A stretch of DNA of 64,000 bases from assembly GCA_018261935.1 (NCBI GenBank), contig JAGTRP010000014.1:27855-91854 (forward strand), written 5' to 3'. The stretch is from Rhodocyclaceae bacterium (GTDB lineage Bacteria; Pseudomonadota; Gammaproteobacteria; Burkholderiales; Rhodocyclaceae). Numbering within the stretch: position 1 is the stretch's first letter; the number at the start of each line of letters is the position of its first letter. Under the pieces are notes generated by a model that did not search any database, had not been told where the DNA came from, and saw only the letters and a list, made by a program, of their open reading frames with translations. The position numbers and the translations under genes are program-made. Positions 45,918 to 55,833 of this stretch are shown one piece after another.

Positions 45918-48900
45918 GGCGCCCAAAAGAGGGGATGGGCGTAACTGAAGCGCTCGCCCCCATCCTCGCCCGTGCCGTCCATGACTTTCAGCATCGAGCG
46001 CTGCAGGGCGGCCGCCCGGGCGAGGCCCGGCTGGCGGGCCATGGCGTCGAAGACGCCGATCACCAGCTGCTTGGCCGACACCGTTTCCACCGGCCAATGG
46101 GTCACCAGCAGGGCCCGGCTGCCGGCATAGAAGAAGCCCCGCCCGAGGCCGGAAATGGCCTCGGCCCCCTGGCCGTCGCCGGCCGAGGTGTTGCAGGCGG
46201 AAAGCACCACCCAGTCGGCATCGAGCTTGAGGCCGAGAATGTCGTCCAGGGTCAAAAGGCCATGCTGGCCGGCACCGGGATTGGCGAGGGCCAGGGCCGG
46301 CTGGTCCACTCCGGGGAAATCCCCCGCCAGGAGGCCGTGGGTGGCGAAGGCGACGATCCTGCGGTGCCCGAGATCGGTGCCCAGCACCTGGGCCTTGCTG
46401 GCCTGGGCGCCCAGGAAGACATCACGCTCGGGGTCGGCGCCGAGGACCTTGGCCAGGGAGAGGATCTCCTCCCGGGTGTCGGGCAGGGGCGGGATGCGGC
46501 CGTAGTCCATCGCCTCCTGGCCGGCGGCGCGCCGGGGCAGGCCGACAGCCCGCAGCCCCCGGTTCCTGGCCGGGCCTTCCGCCTGGGCCAGATTGAACTG
46601 CGGATCGCCGAAGCCGGCGAAGGCGCGGCGGTCGGCCGCCCCCGGCTGCATGCGGCGCAAGGTGACCAGAGAGGCGGCCGCCGGCAGCTGGCTCACCGCC
46701 ACCCGGCGGGCCAGCCAGGGCCAGTCGCCATACTCGGCGAAGCGGGGTGCCCCGGCTTTGCGGCCGACAGTCGGCGGCGGCTCGGTGGGCAGGACAGAAA
46801 ACGGCAGGCGGCCGAGGGGGCCGCCGGCGGCGACGATGAGATGCTCGGCCCCCGCCCAGCCCGGGGCCACGGTTGCCAGCAAGGACTGGTACAGGCGGTG
46901 GGCCACCGCGCCATCGAAGGCCGGCATCGAGCCGTAATCCACATCCCCCGGATCGAGGGCGGAACGCAGGCGGGCCACCATGGTCTCGACCTCGCTGCGT
47001 TTCAGGGGAACCGCGGCGAAGGATGCCGAGCCCTTGGCCGGGATGGCCCAAACATAGGTTTGGTCACTGCCGGTATAGACGGAGAGGAGCGCCTCGCCGG
47101 GGCGCAGGGCCCGCTGGACCTCGGCGAGAGGCACCGGGCGGGCGGCGGCCAGGTCGGCATAGTCCGGAAAGCGCCGGCGGATGTCGGCGGACAGGGCTTC
47201 GTGCTGCCGATCGAGGGCCGCGGCCCGCTGCCGCATCTGGTCCACCACGCCGGGCAGGAGCTGGTCCGCCGGGCGCGACATGAGGTCGGCCAGGATGGCG
47301 TGGAGGGCATCCCGCTGCTGGCGCGCGTCCTGCTCCTCCCGCACCAGGGCCGCCAACTCCGGCGTTCCGGCCGCCGCCCGCAGGGCCGAGGCGGCCATGG
47401 CCTGCTGCACCGCCTGGCCCCGCAGCACATCGGCCACCAGGAAGGCTTCTGCCCCGGCATCGAGGCCGGCTGCCTGCTCGGCCGGCGTCCCCCGCACCTT
47501 GGCCAGGAGCCGGAGATAGGCTTCGACGATGTAGGAAAGCCGCTGGAAGCGGCGCCCGGAGCGGTCGTTCTCCTCGGCCGCGGCAGGGGCGAGGACGGCG
47601 ATGGCCCCCCGCAGGCTGCGCAGCCCGTCGGCCTCCTGCCCGGCGGACGCCTGGGCGGCACCCAGATGGCCCAGAGCTTCGGCCGTTTCGTAAGCACCGG
47701 CACCGAGTTGATCCTGCAACTGCTGGTGGAGCCGGCCCGCTTCGGCCAGGGCCTCGGCGGAGCGCCCCACCGCCAGCAATGCCCGTATCCGGCCCGGGGT
47801 GGGGGCGCCCAGGGTGGCCGCCAGTTCGGGGTCGGCGGCCAGGGCGGCCCGCACGGCATCGAATTCGGCCAGGGCCTCCGGCCAGCGCCCGAGGCCGGCC
47901 AGGAGATTGCCCCGCAGGCTGCGGTTGCGGACCACGAAATACGCGGTGGCGGGCACTTCCATGCGCTGCAGGTTGGCCTGGATGCGGTCGGCCAGCTGGA
48001 GCGCCGGCTCCGGTTTGTTTTGCTCCCCCAGGATGGCGATGAGATTCTGCAGGACAATGTTGGCGTGGACGCTGTCCTGGCCCGTCCGCTGCAGCGCCCG
48101 GTAGGCGGCCCGGCGGGCCTGGACCTCGGCCTCCCTCAGGCGGTGCTGTTTCATGAGGGCGAGGGCCAGCCAGCCGGTCATCATGTCCAGGCGGTTCTCC
48201 AGCTGGAACTGGGGCGGAGTTTCCAGCCCCTTGGCCTGGCGCTGGGGATTGATTTCCAAATCCTTTTCCATGAGGCTGATGGCCTTCTGGAAACGGGCCT
48301 CCGCCTCGGCGTAATGGCCGGCGGAAAACTCGGTGCGGCCGAGGGCATCCTCGACAATGAGCTGCCAGTTGTAGTGGTAATCCGGCCAGGCCGGGCTGCG
48401 CCGCAGGAAGACGAACAGGCCTTCCATGTCCCGGATGTGGCGGCGGGCGGTCTCGAGATCGCCGATGCGGCGATACAGGTCGGAAAGCCCTGCGTGCTCG
48501 GCAACCTGGGCTCCCCGCTTGTTGTCCGGAATCAGGGAAAGCGACTTTTCCCGGGCGGCGATGGCGTTGCGGAAATTGCCTCCGAAGAATTCCGCCAGTC
48601 CCAGCTGCTGCCAGACCCGGAAAGGCGCCGTTCCGCCGCCGAGTTCGATGGCCTGGCGCAATTCCTGGATCTGGCCGCTGACCAGTCCCAGTTCCCCCGC
48701 TGCCCGGGCGCGCTCCAGATGGGCCTGGCCCCGGGCTCCAGCGTCTCCCGCCGGCAAGGGCCTGGCCAGGATTTCCCGGGCCCGGTCCACGGCGGCCCGA
48801 TTCACGGGCTGGCTATCGAGGACCTTGAGGATATCGGCGAGGGAATGGCCCGGCGCCCCCTGGGCACCCAGGCCGAAGCCCCACAGGACCGCCAGGAGCA

Positions 48901-48919
48901 GGGGCCGCCAGAACTTCAT
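45887..48919 (-). CDS. secreted TPR-repeat CHAT-domain (caspase-like) protease
   Basis: Signal peptide MKFWRPLLLAVLWGFGLGAQGA. Roughly 500 aa of TPR-like helices. C-terminal CHAT domain with His (FATHG, codon 46337-46339) and Cys (LSACNT, codon 46193-46195). SD AAGGAAG 5 nt before the ATG, 21 nt after the glgB stop. Confidence 0.8.
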   Translation of the reverse strand: MKFWRPLLLAVLWGFGLGAQGAPGHSLADILKVLDSQPVNRAAVDRAREILARPLPAGDAGARGQAHLERARAAGELGLVSGQIQELRQAIELGGGTAPFRVWQQLGLAEFFGGNFRNAIAAREKSLSLIPDNKRGAQVAEHAGLSDLYRRIGDLETARRHIRDMEGLFVFLRRSPAWPDYHYNWQLIVEDALGRTEFSAGHYAEAEARFQKAISLMEKDLEINPQRQAKGLETPPQFQLENRLDMMTGWLALALMKQHRLREAEVQARRAAYRALQRTGQDSVHANIVLQNLIAILGEQNKPEPALQLADRIQANLQRMEVPATAYFVVRNRSLRGNLLAGLGRWPEALAEFDAVRAALAADPELAATLGAPTPGRIRALLAVGRSAEALAEAGRLHQQLQDQLGAGAYETAEALGHLGAAQASAGQEADGLRSLRGAIAVLAPAAAEENDRSGRRFQRLSYIVEAYLRLLAKVRGTPAEQAAGLDAGAEAFLVADVLRGQAVQQAMAASALRAAAGTPELAALVREEQDARQQRDALHAILADLMSRPADQLLPGVVDQMRQRAAALDRQHEALSADIRRRFPDYADLAAARPVPLAEVQRALRPGEALLSVYTGSDQTYVWAIPAKGSASFAAVPLKRSEVETMVARLRSALDPGDVDYGSMPAFDGAVAHRLYQSLLATVAPGWAGAEHLIVAAGGPLGRLPFSVLPTEPPPTVGRKAGAPRFAEYGDWPWLARRVAVSQLPAAASLVTLRRMQPGAADRRAFAGFGDPQFNLAQAEGPARNRGLRAVGLPRRAAGQEAMDYGRIPPLPDTREEILSLAKVLGADPERDVFLGAQASKAQVLGTDLGHRRIVAFATHGLLAGDFPGVDQPALALANPGAGQHGLLTLDDILGLKLDADWVVLSACNTSAGDGQGAEAISGLGRGFFYAGSRALLVTHWPVETVSAKQLVIGVFDAMARQPGLARAAALQRSMLKVMDGTGEDGGERFSYAHPLFWAPYALVGDGGI

Positions 48920-48940
48920 TCATCTTCCTTGGAAAGTGTT

Positions 48941-50815
48941 TTACGAAGGCGCCAGGACCACCGCCGCCAGGGGCGGGAGCACAAGTTCCAGGGAGGCCGG
49001 ACGGCCCATCCAGGAGTCTGGGGAAGCATTCACGCCGCCGTGGTTGCCGAGGTTGGAGCCGCCATAGTACGCCGAATCGGTATTGACGATTTCCCGGTAG
49101 TGGCCGGGCCGCGGCACGCCGAGGCGGTAACCGTGCCGGGGCACCGGGGTGAAATTCATGACCACCACCACGAAGGAACCGTCGCGCCCCCAGCGCAGCC
49201 AGGAGAGGACCGAATTCTCGTTATCGTGGCAGTCGATCCACTCGAAGCCGAGGGGATCGAAGTCCTGCTCGTGGAGGGTCCGGCAGTCCCGGTAGAGTCG
49301 GTTGAGATCCCGGGACAGGGATTGCAGGCCGATATGCCTTTCCCAGGCCAGGAGATGCCAGTCCAGTTCCCAGCGCTCGGTCCATTCCCGCCACTGGCCG
49401 AACTCCCCCCCCATGAACATGAGTTTCTTGCCCGGCGTGAACGTCTGCCAGGCGAACAGGAGCCGGAGGTTGGCAAAGCGCTGCCAGTCGTCCCCGGGCA
49501 TCTTGCCGATGAGGGAGCCCTTGCCGTGCACTACTTCGTCGTGGGACAGGGGCAGGAGAAAATTCTCGGTATAGGCGTAGATCTGGCCGAAGGTCAGCTG
49601 GTCGTGGTGCCAGCGGCGGTGCACCGGGTCCTCGCGGAAGTAGCTCAGGCTGTCGTTCATCCAGCCCATGTTCCACTTCATGGAGAACCCCAGCCCTCCC
49701 AGCCAGGTGGGGCGCGACACCTGGGGCCAGGCGGTGGACTCCTCGGCGATGGTCAGCGCCCCGGGGAATTCGCCGTGGACCATGGCGTTCAGGGCTCGGA
49801 GGAAATCGATGGCCTCCAGGTTCTCCCGCCCGCCGTACTGATTGGGCAGCCACTCGCCCTCCTGCCGGGCGTAGTCGAGGTAGAGCATGGAGGCGACGGC
49901 ATCCACCCGCAGGCCGTCGAAATGGAATTCGGCCAGCCAGTAATAGGCCGAGGAGAGGAGGAAGCTCCTGACCTCGTGGCGGCCGTAATTGAAAATGTGG
50001 GTACCCCAGTCGTTGTGGAATCCCTGGCGGGGGTCCTCGTGCTCGTAGAGGGCGGTGCCGTCGAAGCGGGCCAGGGCCCAGTCGTCCTGGGGGAAATGGC
50101 CGGGCACCCAGTCGAGGATCACCCCCAGCCCGGCCCGGTGGCAGGCGTCGATGAAGGCCCGCAGGTCGTCGGGGGACCCGTAGCGGGAGGAGGGAGCGAA
50201 ATAGCCGGTGGTCTGGTAGCCCCAGGACTCGTCCAGGGGGTGCTCGGTCACCGGCATCAGCTCCAGGTGGGTGTAGCCCTGGTCCACGGCATAGGGGACG
50301 AGCCGTTCCGCCAGCTCCCGCCACAGATAGTGGCGGCCGTCGTGGTGGCGCAGCCAGGAGCCGGCGTGGACCTCGTAGATATTCACCGGGGCGTGGAGCC
50401 AGTCCCACTCCGCCCGCCGGGCCAGCCAGCCCTCGTCGCCCCAGGCGTATCGCGACGGCGCCGTCACATAAGCGGCGGAGCCCGGGCGCAGTTCGAACCC
50501 GCGGGCGTAAGGATCACTCTTAATCAGCAGGGCGCCCGTGTGCCGGTTGAGGATTTCGAACCGGTACAGGCTGCCGGGCCGTACCTCGGCGATGGTCGTT
50601 TCCCAGATGCCGGAGCTACCGAGACTGTGCATGGGATGGACGCGGCCATCCCAGCCATTGAAGTCGCCGACCACCGACACCCTGGCGGCATTGGGCGCCC
50701 AGACCCGGAAGGTCGTGCCCCCCGCGCCGAAATGGGCCCCCAGCAGGCGGTAGGCCTGCAGGTTGCGCCCTTCGTTGAAGAGATAGAGGTCTTGGGATAG
50801 CGAATCTTTCACCAT
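48941..50815 (-). CDS. glgB: 1,4-alpha-glucan branching enzyme (GH13, short form)
   Basis: 624 aa. FRVWAPNA…VGDFNGWD, and GH13 catalytic regions ([33 protein letters not shown]). Confidence 0.95.
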   Translation of the reverse strand: MVKDSLSQDLYLFNEGRNLQAYRLLGAHFGAGGTTFRVWAPNAARVSVVGDFNGWDGRVHPMHSLGSSGIWETTIAEVRPGSLYRFEILNRHTGALLIKSDPYARGFELRPGSAAYVTAPSRYAWGDEGWLARRAEWDWLHAPVNIYEVHAGSWLRHHDGRHYLWRELAERLVPYAVDQGYTHLELMPVTEHPLDESWGYQTTGYFAPSSRYGSPDDLRAFIDACHRAGLGVILDWVPGHFPQDDWALARFDGTALYEHEDPRQGFHNDWGTHIFNYGRHEVRSFLLSSAYYWLAEFHFDGLRVDAVASMLYLDYARQEGEWLPNQYGGRENLEAIDFLRALNAMVHGEFPGALTIAEESTAWPQVSRPTWLGGLGFSMKWNMGWMNDSLSYFREDPVHRRWHHDQLTFGQIYAYTENFLLPLSHDEVVHGKGSLIGKMPGDDWQRFANLRLLFAWQTFTPGKKLMFMGGEFGQWREWTERWELDWHLLAWERHIGLQSLSRDLNRLYRDCRTLHEQDFDPLGFEWIDCHDNENSVLSWLRWGRDGSFVVVVMNFTPVPRHGYRLGVPRPGHYREIVNTDSAYYGGSNLGNHGGVNASPDSWMGRPASLELVLPPLAAVVLAPS

Positions 50816-50858
50816 GGCACAGTATCATAAACAACATGCAAGCTGATTGGAGGTGGGT

Positions 50859-52178
50859 ATGCACGGCAACATCCACTATCCGCTGTCCGCCACAGAAGCC
50901 CTACGGGAGCAGACCGACATGCGCTTCATCAGCCAACTGACCCGCGACACCTTCGCCATCATCCTGGCCGGCGGCCGGGGCAGCCGCCTCAAGCAGCTCA
51001 CCGATTACCGCTCGAAACCGGCGGTGCCCTTCGCGGGCAAGTTCCGCATCATCGATTTCACCCTTTCCAACTGCGTCAATTCGGGCATCCGCCGCATCGG
51101 CGTCGCCACCCAGTACAAGGCCCACAGCCTGATCCGTCATATCCAGCGGGGCTGGAGCTTCCTGGACGGCCGCTTCGACGAGTTCATCCAGCTCCTGCCG
51201 GCCCAGCAGCAGATCAACGAGACCCAGTGGTACCAGGGCACCGCCGACGCGGTTTACCAGAACCTGCACTTCCTCCAGCGCTACGATCCGGAGTATGTCC
51301 TGGTGGTGGCCGGCGATCACATCTACAAAATGGACTATGGCCGCATGCTGGCCTTCCACGTCCGGGAAAAGGCCGACATGACCGTCGGCTGCGTCGAGGT
51401 GCCCCTGGCCGACGCCCGCGAGTTCGGAGTCATGGAGGTGGATGGCGAGGACCGGGTAGTGTCCTTCATCGAGAAATCGGCCCATCCCCCGAGCATTCCG
51501 GGACAGCCCGACCGGGCCCTGGCATCCATGGGCATCTACATCTTCAATGCCCGCTTCCTGTTCGAGGAGCTTGAGCGCGACGCCCGCACCCACGGCTCCA
51601 GCCGGGATTTCGGCAAGGACATCATTCCCCACATCGTTCCCCGCCATCGGGTCTGCGCCCACCGCTTCGGCGATTCCTGCGTCGGCATGACCGAGCACGA
51701 CATCCCCTACTGGCGGGATGTGGGCACCATCGACGCCTACTGGGAAGCCAACATGGAACTCACCAAGGTAACGCCGGAACTCAATCTCTACGACCGGGAC
51801 TGGCCCATCTGGACTTACCAGGAGCAGCTGCCCCCCGCCAAGTTCGTGTTCGACGACAACGAGCGCCGCGGCACGGCGGCGGACTCCCTGGTTTCCGGCG
51901 GCTGTATCATCTCCGGCGCCAGCGTCAGGCGTTCCCTGCTCTTTTCCAATGTCCATGTCCATAGCTGGAGTTCCGTGGAGGACTGCGTCGTCCTCCCCCA
52001 CGCGGTCATCGGCCGCCGAGCCATGCTGAAGCGCTGCGTCGTCGACAAGCGCTGCCGCATTCCGGAAGGCCTGGTGGTCGGCCTGGACGCCAAGGAGGAC
52101 CGGCGCCGCTTCCACGTCAGTCCCAACGGCATCACCCTGATCACCCCGGAAATGCTGGGCCAGGGCGCCAGCGCCTGA
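50859..52178 (+). CDS. glgC: glucose-1-phosphate adenylyltransferase
   Basis: ATG at 50859 after [24 protein letters not shown], and a left-handed beta-helix C-terminus. Confidence 0.95.
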   Translation: MHGNIHYPLSATEALREQTDMRFISQLTRDTFAIILAGGRGSRLKQLTDYRSKPAVPFAGKFRIIDFTLSNCVNSGIRRIGVATQYKAHSLIRHIQRGWSFLDGRFDEFIQLLPAQQQINETQWYQGTADAVYQNLHFLQRYDPEYVLVVAGDHIYKMDYGRMLAFHVREKADMTVGCVEVPLADAREFGVMEVDGEDRVVSFIEKSAHPPSIPGQPDRALASMGIYIFNARFLFEELERDARTHGSSRDFGKDIIPHIVPRHRVCAHRFGDSCVGMTEHDIPYWRDVGTIDAYWEANMELTKVTPELNLYDRDWPIWTYQEQLPPAKFVFDDNERRGTAADSLVSGGCIISGASVRRSLLFSNVHVHSWSSVEDCVVLPHAVIGRRAMLKRCVVDKRCRIPEGLVVGLDAKEDRRRFHVSPNGITLITPEMLGQGASA

Positions 52179-52188
52179 GCGCCGATCC

Positions 52189-53844
52189 ATGGCCGACCTC
52201 GCCTTCCTCTGGCACATGCACCAGCCGGACTACCGGCACCCGGAAACCGGGGAGTTCGTCCTGCCCTGGGTTCTGCTGCACGCCATCAAGGACTACGCCG
52301 ACATGGCCGGCCATCTGGAGCGCCACCCGCAGGTCCGGTGCACGGTCAATTTCGTACCGGTCCTCCTCGACCAGTTGGAGGATTACGCCGACCAGTTCGC
52401 CACCGGCCAGTGGCGCGATCCCCTGCTCTACATCGCCGCCCACGAGGACCCCGACCGGCTGTCCGACTCCGACCGGCGCTGGCTCCTCAACATGGCCTTC
52501 CGCTGCCACGCCCCCACCATGCTGGAGCCTTTCGCGCCCTACCGCCGGCTGCGGGACCTGGAAGTCTTCATCCGCCGCCATGGCGGCGCCGGCCTGGAGT
52601 ACCTCTCCGGCCACTATTTCGCCGACCTGGCCACCTGGTTCCTGCTGGCCTGGACCGGCGAAACCCTGCGCCGGGAAGGCACCACCATCCCCGCCCTGAT
52701 CGCCAGGGGCGACCGTTTCACCCTGGCCGACCGGGAATGCCTCCTCGCCGCCCTGGCCGGTGCGGTGCGCCGCCTCATCCCCCGCTACCGCGCCCTGGAA
52801 GAGAGGGGCCAGATCGAGCTGTCCTGCACTCCGGGTACGCACCCCCTGGCGCCCCTGCTCATCGACTTCGGCTCCGCCCGGGAAGCCTGGCCCGACTGTC
52901 CCCTCCCCGGCGCCCCCGAATACCCCGACGGCCGAGCCCGGGTGGCCGTCCACCTGGAACAGGCCCGGCACAGCCACCAGGAACGCTTCGGCCGGGTACC
53001 GACGGGCCTGTGGCCGGCGGAAGGCGCCCTCTCGACCCCCTTCCTCGAGCAGGTGAGCGCGGCTGGATTCACCTGGACCGCCAGCAGCCTCGGGGTGCTC
53101 AGGAACTCGGCCGGCGAAAAGGCCAGTCCCTACCGGCCCTGGCGTGTGCCCGCCGGCACGGCGGACAACCTCACGCTGTTCTTCCGGGACGAGCGGCTCT
53201 CCGACCTTATCGGCTTCGAATACGCCCGCTGGCATGGCCGGGACGCGGCCAGGCATTTCGTCGACCAGGCGGAAGCCATCGTCCGGGCGGAACCCGACGC
53301 CCTCATCCCGGTTTTCCTGGACGGCGAAAACGCCTGGGAGTACTACCCCTACAACGCCTGGTACTTTTTCGAAGAGCTCTACACCCTGCTCACGGAGCAT
53401 CCCGAGATCCGCACCACCACCCTGGCGGAAGCCGCGGTCGACCACCGGGAGCGCACCCAGCCCCTGCCCGGGCTGACCGCCGGCAGCTGGGTCTACGGCA
53501 CCTTCTCCACCTGGATCGGCAATCCGGACAAGAACCGGGCCTGGGACCTGCTCTGCGAAGCCAAGCTCTGCGTGGACCGGGCCCTGGACGGCGGCCTTCT
53601 CTCCGCCGCCGAACAGGAGGCTGTCCTCAAGCGCCTCCTGGTGTGCGAGAGCTCGGACTGGTTCTGGTGGTTCGGGGACTACAACCCGGCCCAGTCGGTG
53701 GCCTCCTTCGACACCCTTTTCCGCGACAACCTCAAGGCCCTCTACCGCCTCCTCAAGCTGCCCACCCCGGCAGACCTGGACCAGCCCATCAGCCGGGGCG
53801 GCGGCCCGGCCGAGAGCGGCGGAACCATGCGCCGCGCCACCTGA
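52189..53844 (+). CDS. glycoside hydrolase family 57 protein
   Basis: N-terminus LAFLWHMHQPDYRHPETGEFVLPWVLLHAIKDYADMA…NFVPVLLDQLEDY is a typical GH57 signature. Confidence 0.8.
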   Translation: MADLAFLWHMHQPDYRHPETGEFVLPWVLLHAIKDYADMAGHLERHPQVRCTVNFVPVLLDQLEDYADQFATGQWRDPLLYIAAHEDPDRLSDSDRRWLLNMAFRCHAPTMLEPFAPYRRLRDLEVFIRRHGGAGLEYLSGHYFADLATWFLLAWTGETLRREGTTIPALIARGDRFTLADRECLLAALAGAVRRLIPRYRALEERGQIELSCTPGTHPLAPLLIDFGSAREAWPDCPLPGAPEYPDGRARVAVHLEQARHSHQERFGRVPTGLWPAEGALSTPFLEQVSAAGFTWTASSLGVLRNSAGEKASPYRPWRVPAGTADNLTLFFRDERLSDLIGFEYARWHGRDAARHFVDQAEAIVRAEPDALIPVFLDGENAWEYYPYNAWYFFEELYTLLTEHPEIRTTTLAEAAVDHRERTQPLPGLTAGSWVYGTFSTWIGNPDKNRAWDLLCEAKLCVDRALDGGLLSAAEQEAVLKRLLVCESSDWFWWFGDYNPAQSVASFDTLFRDNLKALYRLLKLPTPADLDQPISRGGGPAESGGTMRRAT

Positions 53845-53850
53845 GCCCCC

Positions 53851-55833
53851 ATGACCCGACCCATCACCCTCCTCCTCGGCGTCCATGCCCACCAGCCCGT
53901 CGGCAACTTCCCGGAAGTGATCGCCGATGCCCATGAGCGCTGCTATCGCCCCTTCCTGCAGACCCTCTTCAGCTATCCGGATTTCCGTTTCGCGGCCCAC
54001 TTTTCCGGCTGGCTCCTGGACTGGCTGCGCAAGCACTTTCCCGAGGACATGGCCTTGCTGGCCCAGATGGTCCGGCGCGGCCAGGTGGAACTGTTCAGCT
54101 CCGGCGACACCGAGCCGGTACTGGCCGCCATCCCCCACCGGGACCGGATCGGGCAGCTGCGCACCCTCAACGACAAGCTCGCCACCTGGACCGGCCAGCC
54201 CCCCCGGGGCGCCTGGCTCACCGAGCGGGTCTGGGAGTCCTCCGTGGTCAGCGCCCTGGCGGCCACCGGCATCCGCTACGTGACGGTGGACGACTACCAT
54301 TTCTTCTGCACCGGCCGGGAAGCCCGGGAGATGGACGGCTTCTTCAGCACCGAGGAAAACGGGGCGCGCCTCGACCTCTTCCCCATTTCGGAAGCGCTGC
54401 GCTACCGCTTCCCCTTCTCGCCGGCCCCCGACGCCGTCGGCTACCTGGAGCGCCTGGCCGACGAAGGCCGCACCGTCGCCGTCTATTTCGACGACATCGA
54501 GAAATTCGGCATCTGGCCCGAGACCTTCGACTGGGTTTATACCCGGGGCTGGCTCAAGGCCTTCATCGAAGGCGTCCTCCAGAGTCCGAAGATCCGGACC
54601 GCCACCTATGCCGATTTCCACGCCGACCATGCCACCCGGGGCATCGTCTATCTCCCCACCGCCTCCTACAGCGAGATGAACGAATGGACCCTGCCGATGC
54701 CGGCGGCAGGCATCTACGCCGAACTCCTCGACCAGGAGAAACGGGCCGGACGCATCGACCGCCACCGCCCCTTCCTGCGGGGCGGCATCTGGCGCAATTT
54801 CCTCTCCCGCTACCCGGAGGCCAACTGGGCCCACAAGCGCATGCTCGGGCTGTCCGCCCGGCTGGCCACGCTGCCCCGGCCAAGCCGGAAACTCCTGGCC
54901 CAGCTCTACCGGGCCCAGGCCAACGACGCTTACTGGCACGGCCTGTTCGGCGGGCTCTACCTGCCCCATCTGCGGCGGGCGGTGTGGAACAACCTCGCCG
55001 CCCTGGAAGCCGAGCTGGATCGCCGCCTGCCCCGGCCGGACCTGGAACAGGACGATATCGACCTGGACGGCTGCCGGGAAACCCTCTGCCACGACAGCCT
55101 GCTGCAAGTGGTGGTGCGGGAAGATGGCCTCGCCGCCGCCCGGGAGCTGATCAGCTATGCCCTGGCCCACAATTTCGGCGACACCCTGGGCCGCTACCGG
55201 GAGCACTACCACGACAAGATCACCCGGGGCCCGAGCCAGCACCAGGGCGAGGGCATCGCCTCGGCCCACGACATCGTCCGCTTCAAGGACCCGGTCAACC
55301 CCGAGGACATCGTGCCGGACACCCTGCCGCGGGCCCTCTGGCTCGATTTCCTGGACGGCGAGCCCATCGCCGATTACCTCCCCGCCGGCGAGGAGGCCGC
55401 CGCCTACCAGCGCCCGGACATCGTCAAGCGCTACGCGGTGGACCAGGGCCGCCTCACCGTCACCTGGATGTTCACCGGCCTGGCCGGCCGCACTTTCTCC
55501 ACCCGGGTCAACCTCGCCATGCCGAGCTGCGACGGTTTCCTCGGCCGCTACGCTCTCTCCGACGGCCATATTCCCGGCGGCTTCGGCCAGCCCCTCGAAC
55601 TCGCCGCCACCCGCTTTTTGAAACTCGAGGACGGGGTTCTCGGCGGCGCCGTGGACCTGGCCTTCAACCTGGCGGCGGCGGTTCGGGGCCGCCCCCACCT
55701 CACGGTTTCCCAGTCGGAAGCCGGCTTTGAAAAGATCATGCAGGCGGTGGAACTCACCTTCACCTGGACCATTCCGGGCGACGAATCCACCCTCGCCTGC
55801 CAATTCACCGCTGAACCCCAGCCCAGACCATGA
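53851..55833 (+). CDS. GH57-type alpha-amylase/4-alpha-glucanotransferase domain protein
   Basis: LLLGVHAHQPVGNFPEV…AAHFSGWLLDWL…LTERVWE is a GH57 catalytic-domain signature. A long C-terminal extension follows. Confidence 0.75.
   Translation: MTRPITLLLGVHAHQPVGNFPEVIADAHERCYRPFLQTLFSYPDFRFAAHFSGWLLDWLRKHFPEDMALLAQMVRRGQVELFSSGDTEPVLAAIPHRDRIGQLRTLNDKLATWTGQPPRGAWLTERVWESSVVSALAATGIRYVTVDDYHFFCTGREAREMDGFFSTEENGARLDLFPISEALRYRFPFSPAPDAVGYLERLADEGRTVAVYFDDIEKFGIWPETFDWVYTRGWLKAFIEGVLQSPKIRTATYADFHADHATRGIVYLPTASYSEMNEWTLPMPAAGIYAELLDQEKRAGRIDRHRPFLRGGIWRNFLSRYPEANWAHKRMLGLSARLATLPRPSRKLLAQLYRAQANDAYWHGLFGGLYLPHLRRAVWNNLAALEAELDRRLPRPDLEQDDIDLDGCRETLCHDSLLQVVVREDGLAAARELISYALAHNFGDTLGRYREHYHDKITRGPSQHQGEGIASAHDIVRFKDPVNPEDIVPDTLPRALWLDFLDGEPIADYLPAGEEAAAYQRPDIVKRYAVDQGRLTVTWMFTGLAGRTFSTRVNLAMPSCDGFLGRYALSDGHIPGGFGQPLELAATRFLKLEDGVLGGAVDLAFNLAAAVRGRPHLTVSQSEAGFEKIMQAVELTFTWTIPGDESTLACQFTAEPQPRP

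Noticed and set aside
45887-48919. TPR-CHAT protein as a CRISPR type III-E (Craspase/Csx29-like) or other defence-associated protease.
   Set aside because: No cas genes, CRISPR repeats, or gasdermin, CBASS or other defence partners occur anywhere in the window. The protein has an N-terminal secretion signal, which is inconsistent with cytoplasmic Csx29-type function.
45125-50800. 1891-aa uninterrupted plus-strand ORF spanning the CHAT gene, the intergenic gap and glgB in antisense.
   Set aside because: This is a shadow ORF. Its codons are exactly aligned in antisense with the minus-strand genes; both gene starts, 48919 and 50815, are congruent to 1 mod 3. In that frame stops can arise only from sense TTA, CTA or TCA codons, which this high-GC genome evidently avoids. 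The translation is low-complexity (G/A/R/P/H-rich) with no start context. The opposite strand encodes unmistakable GlgB and CHAT proteins.
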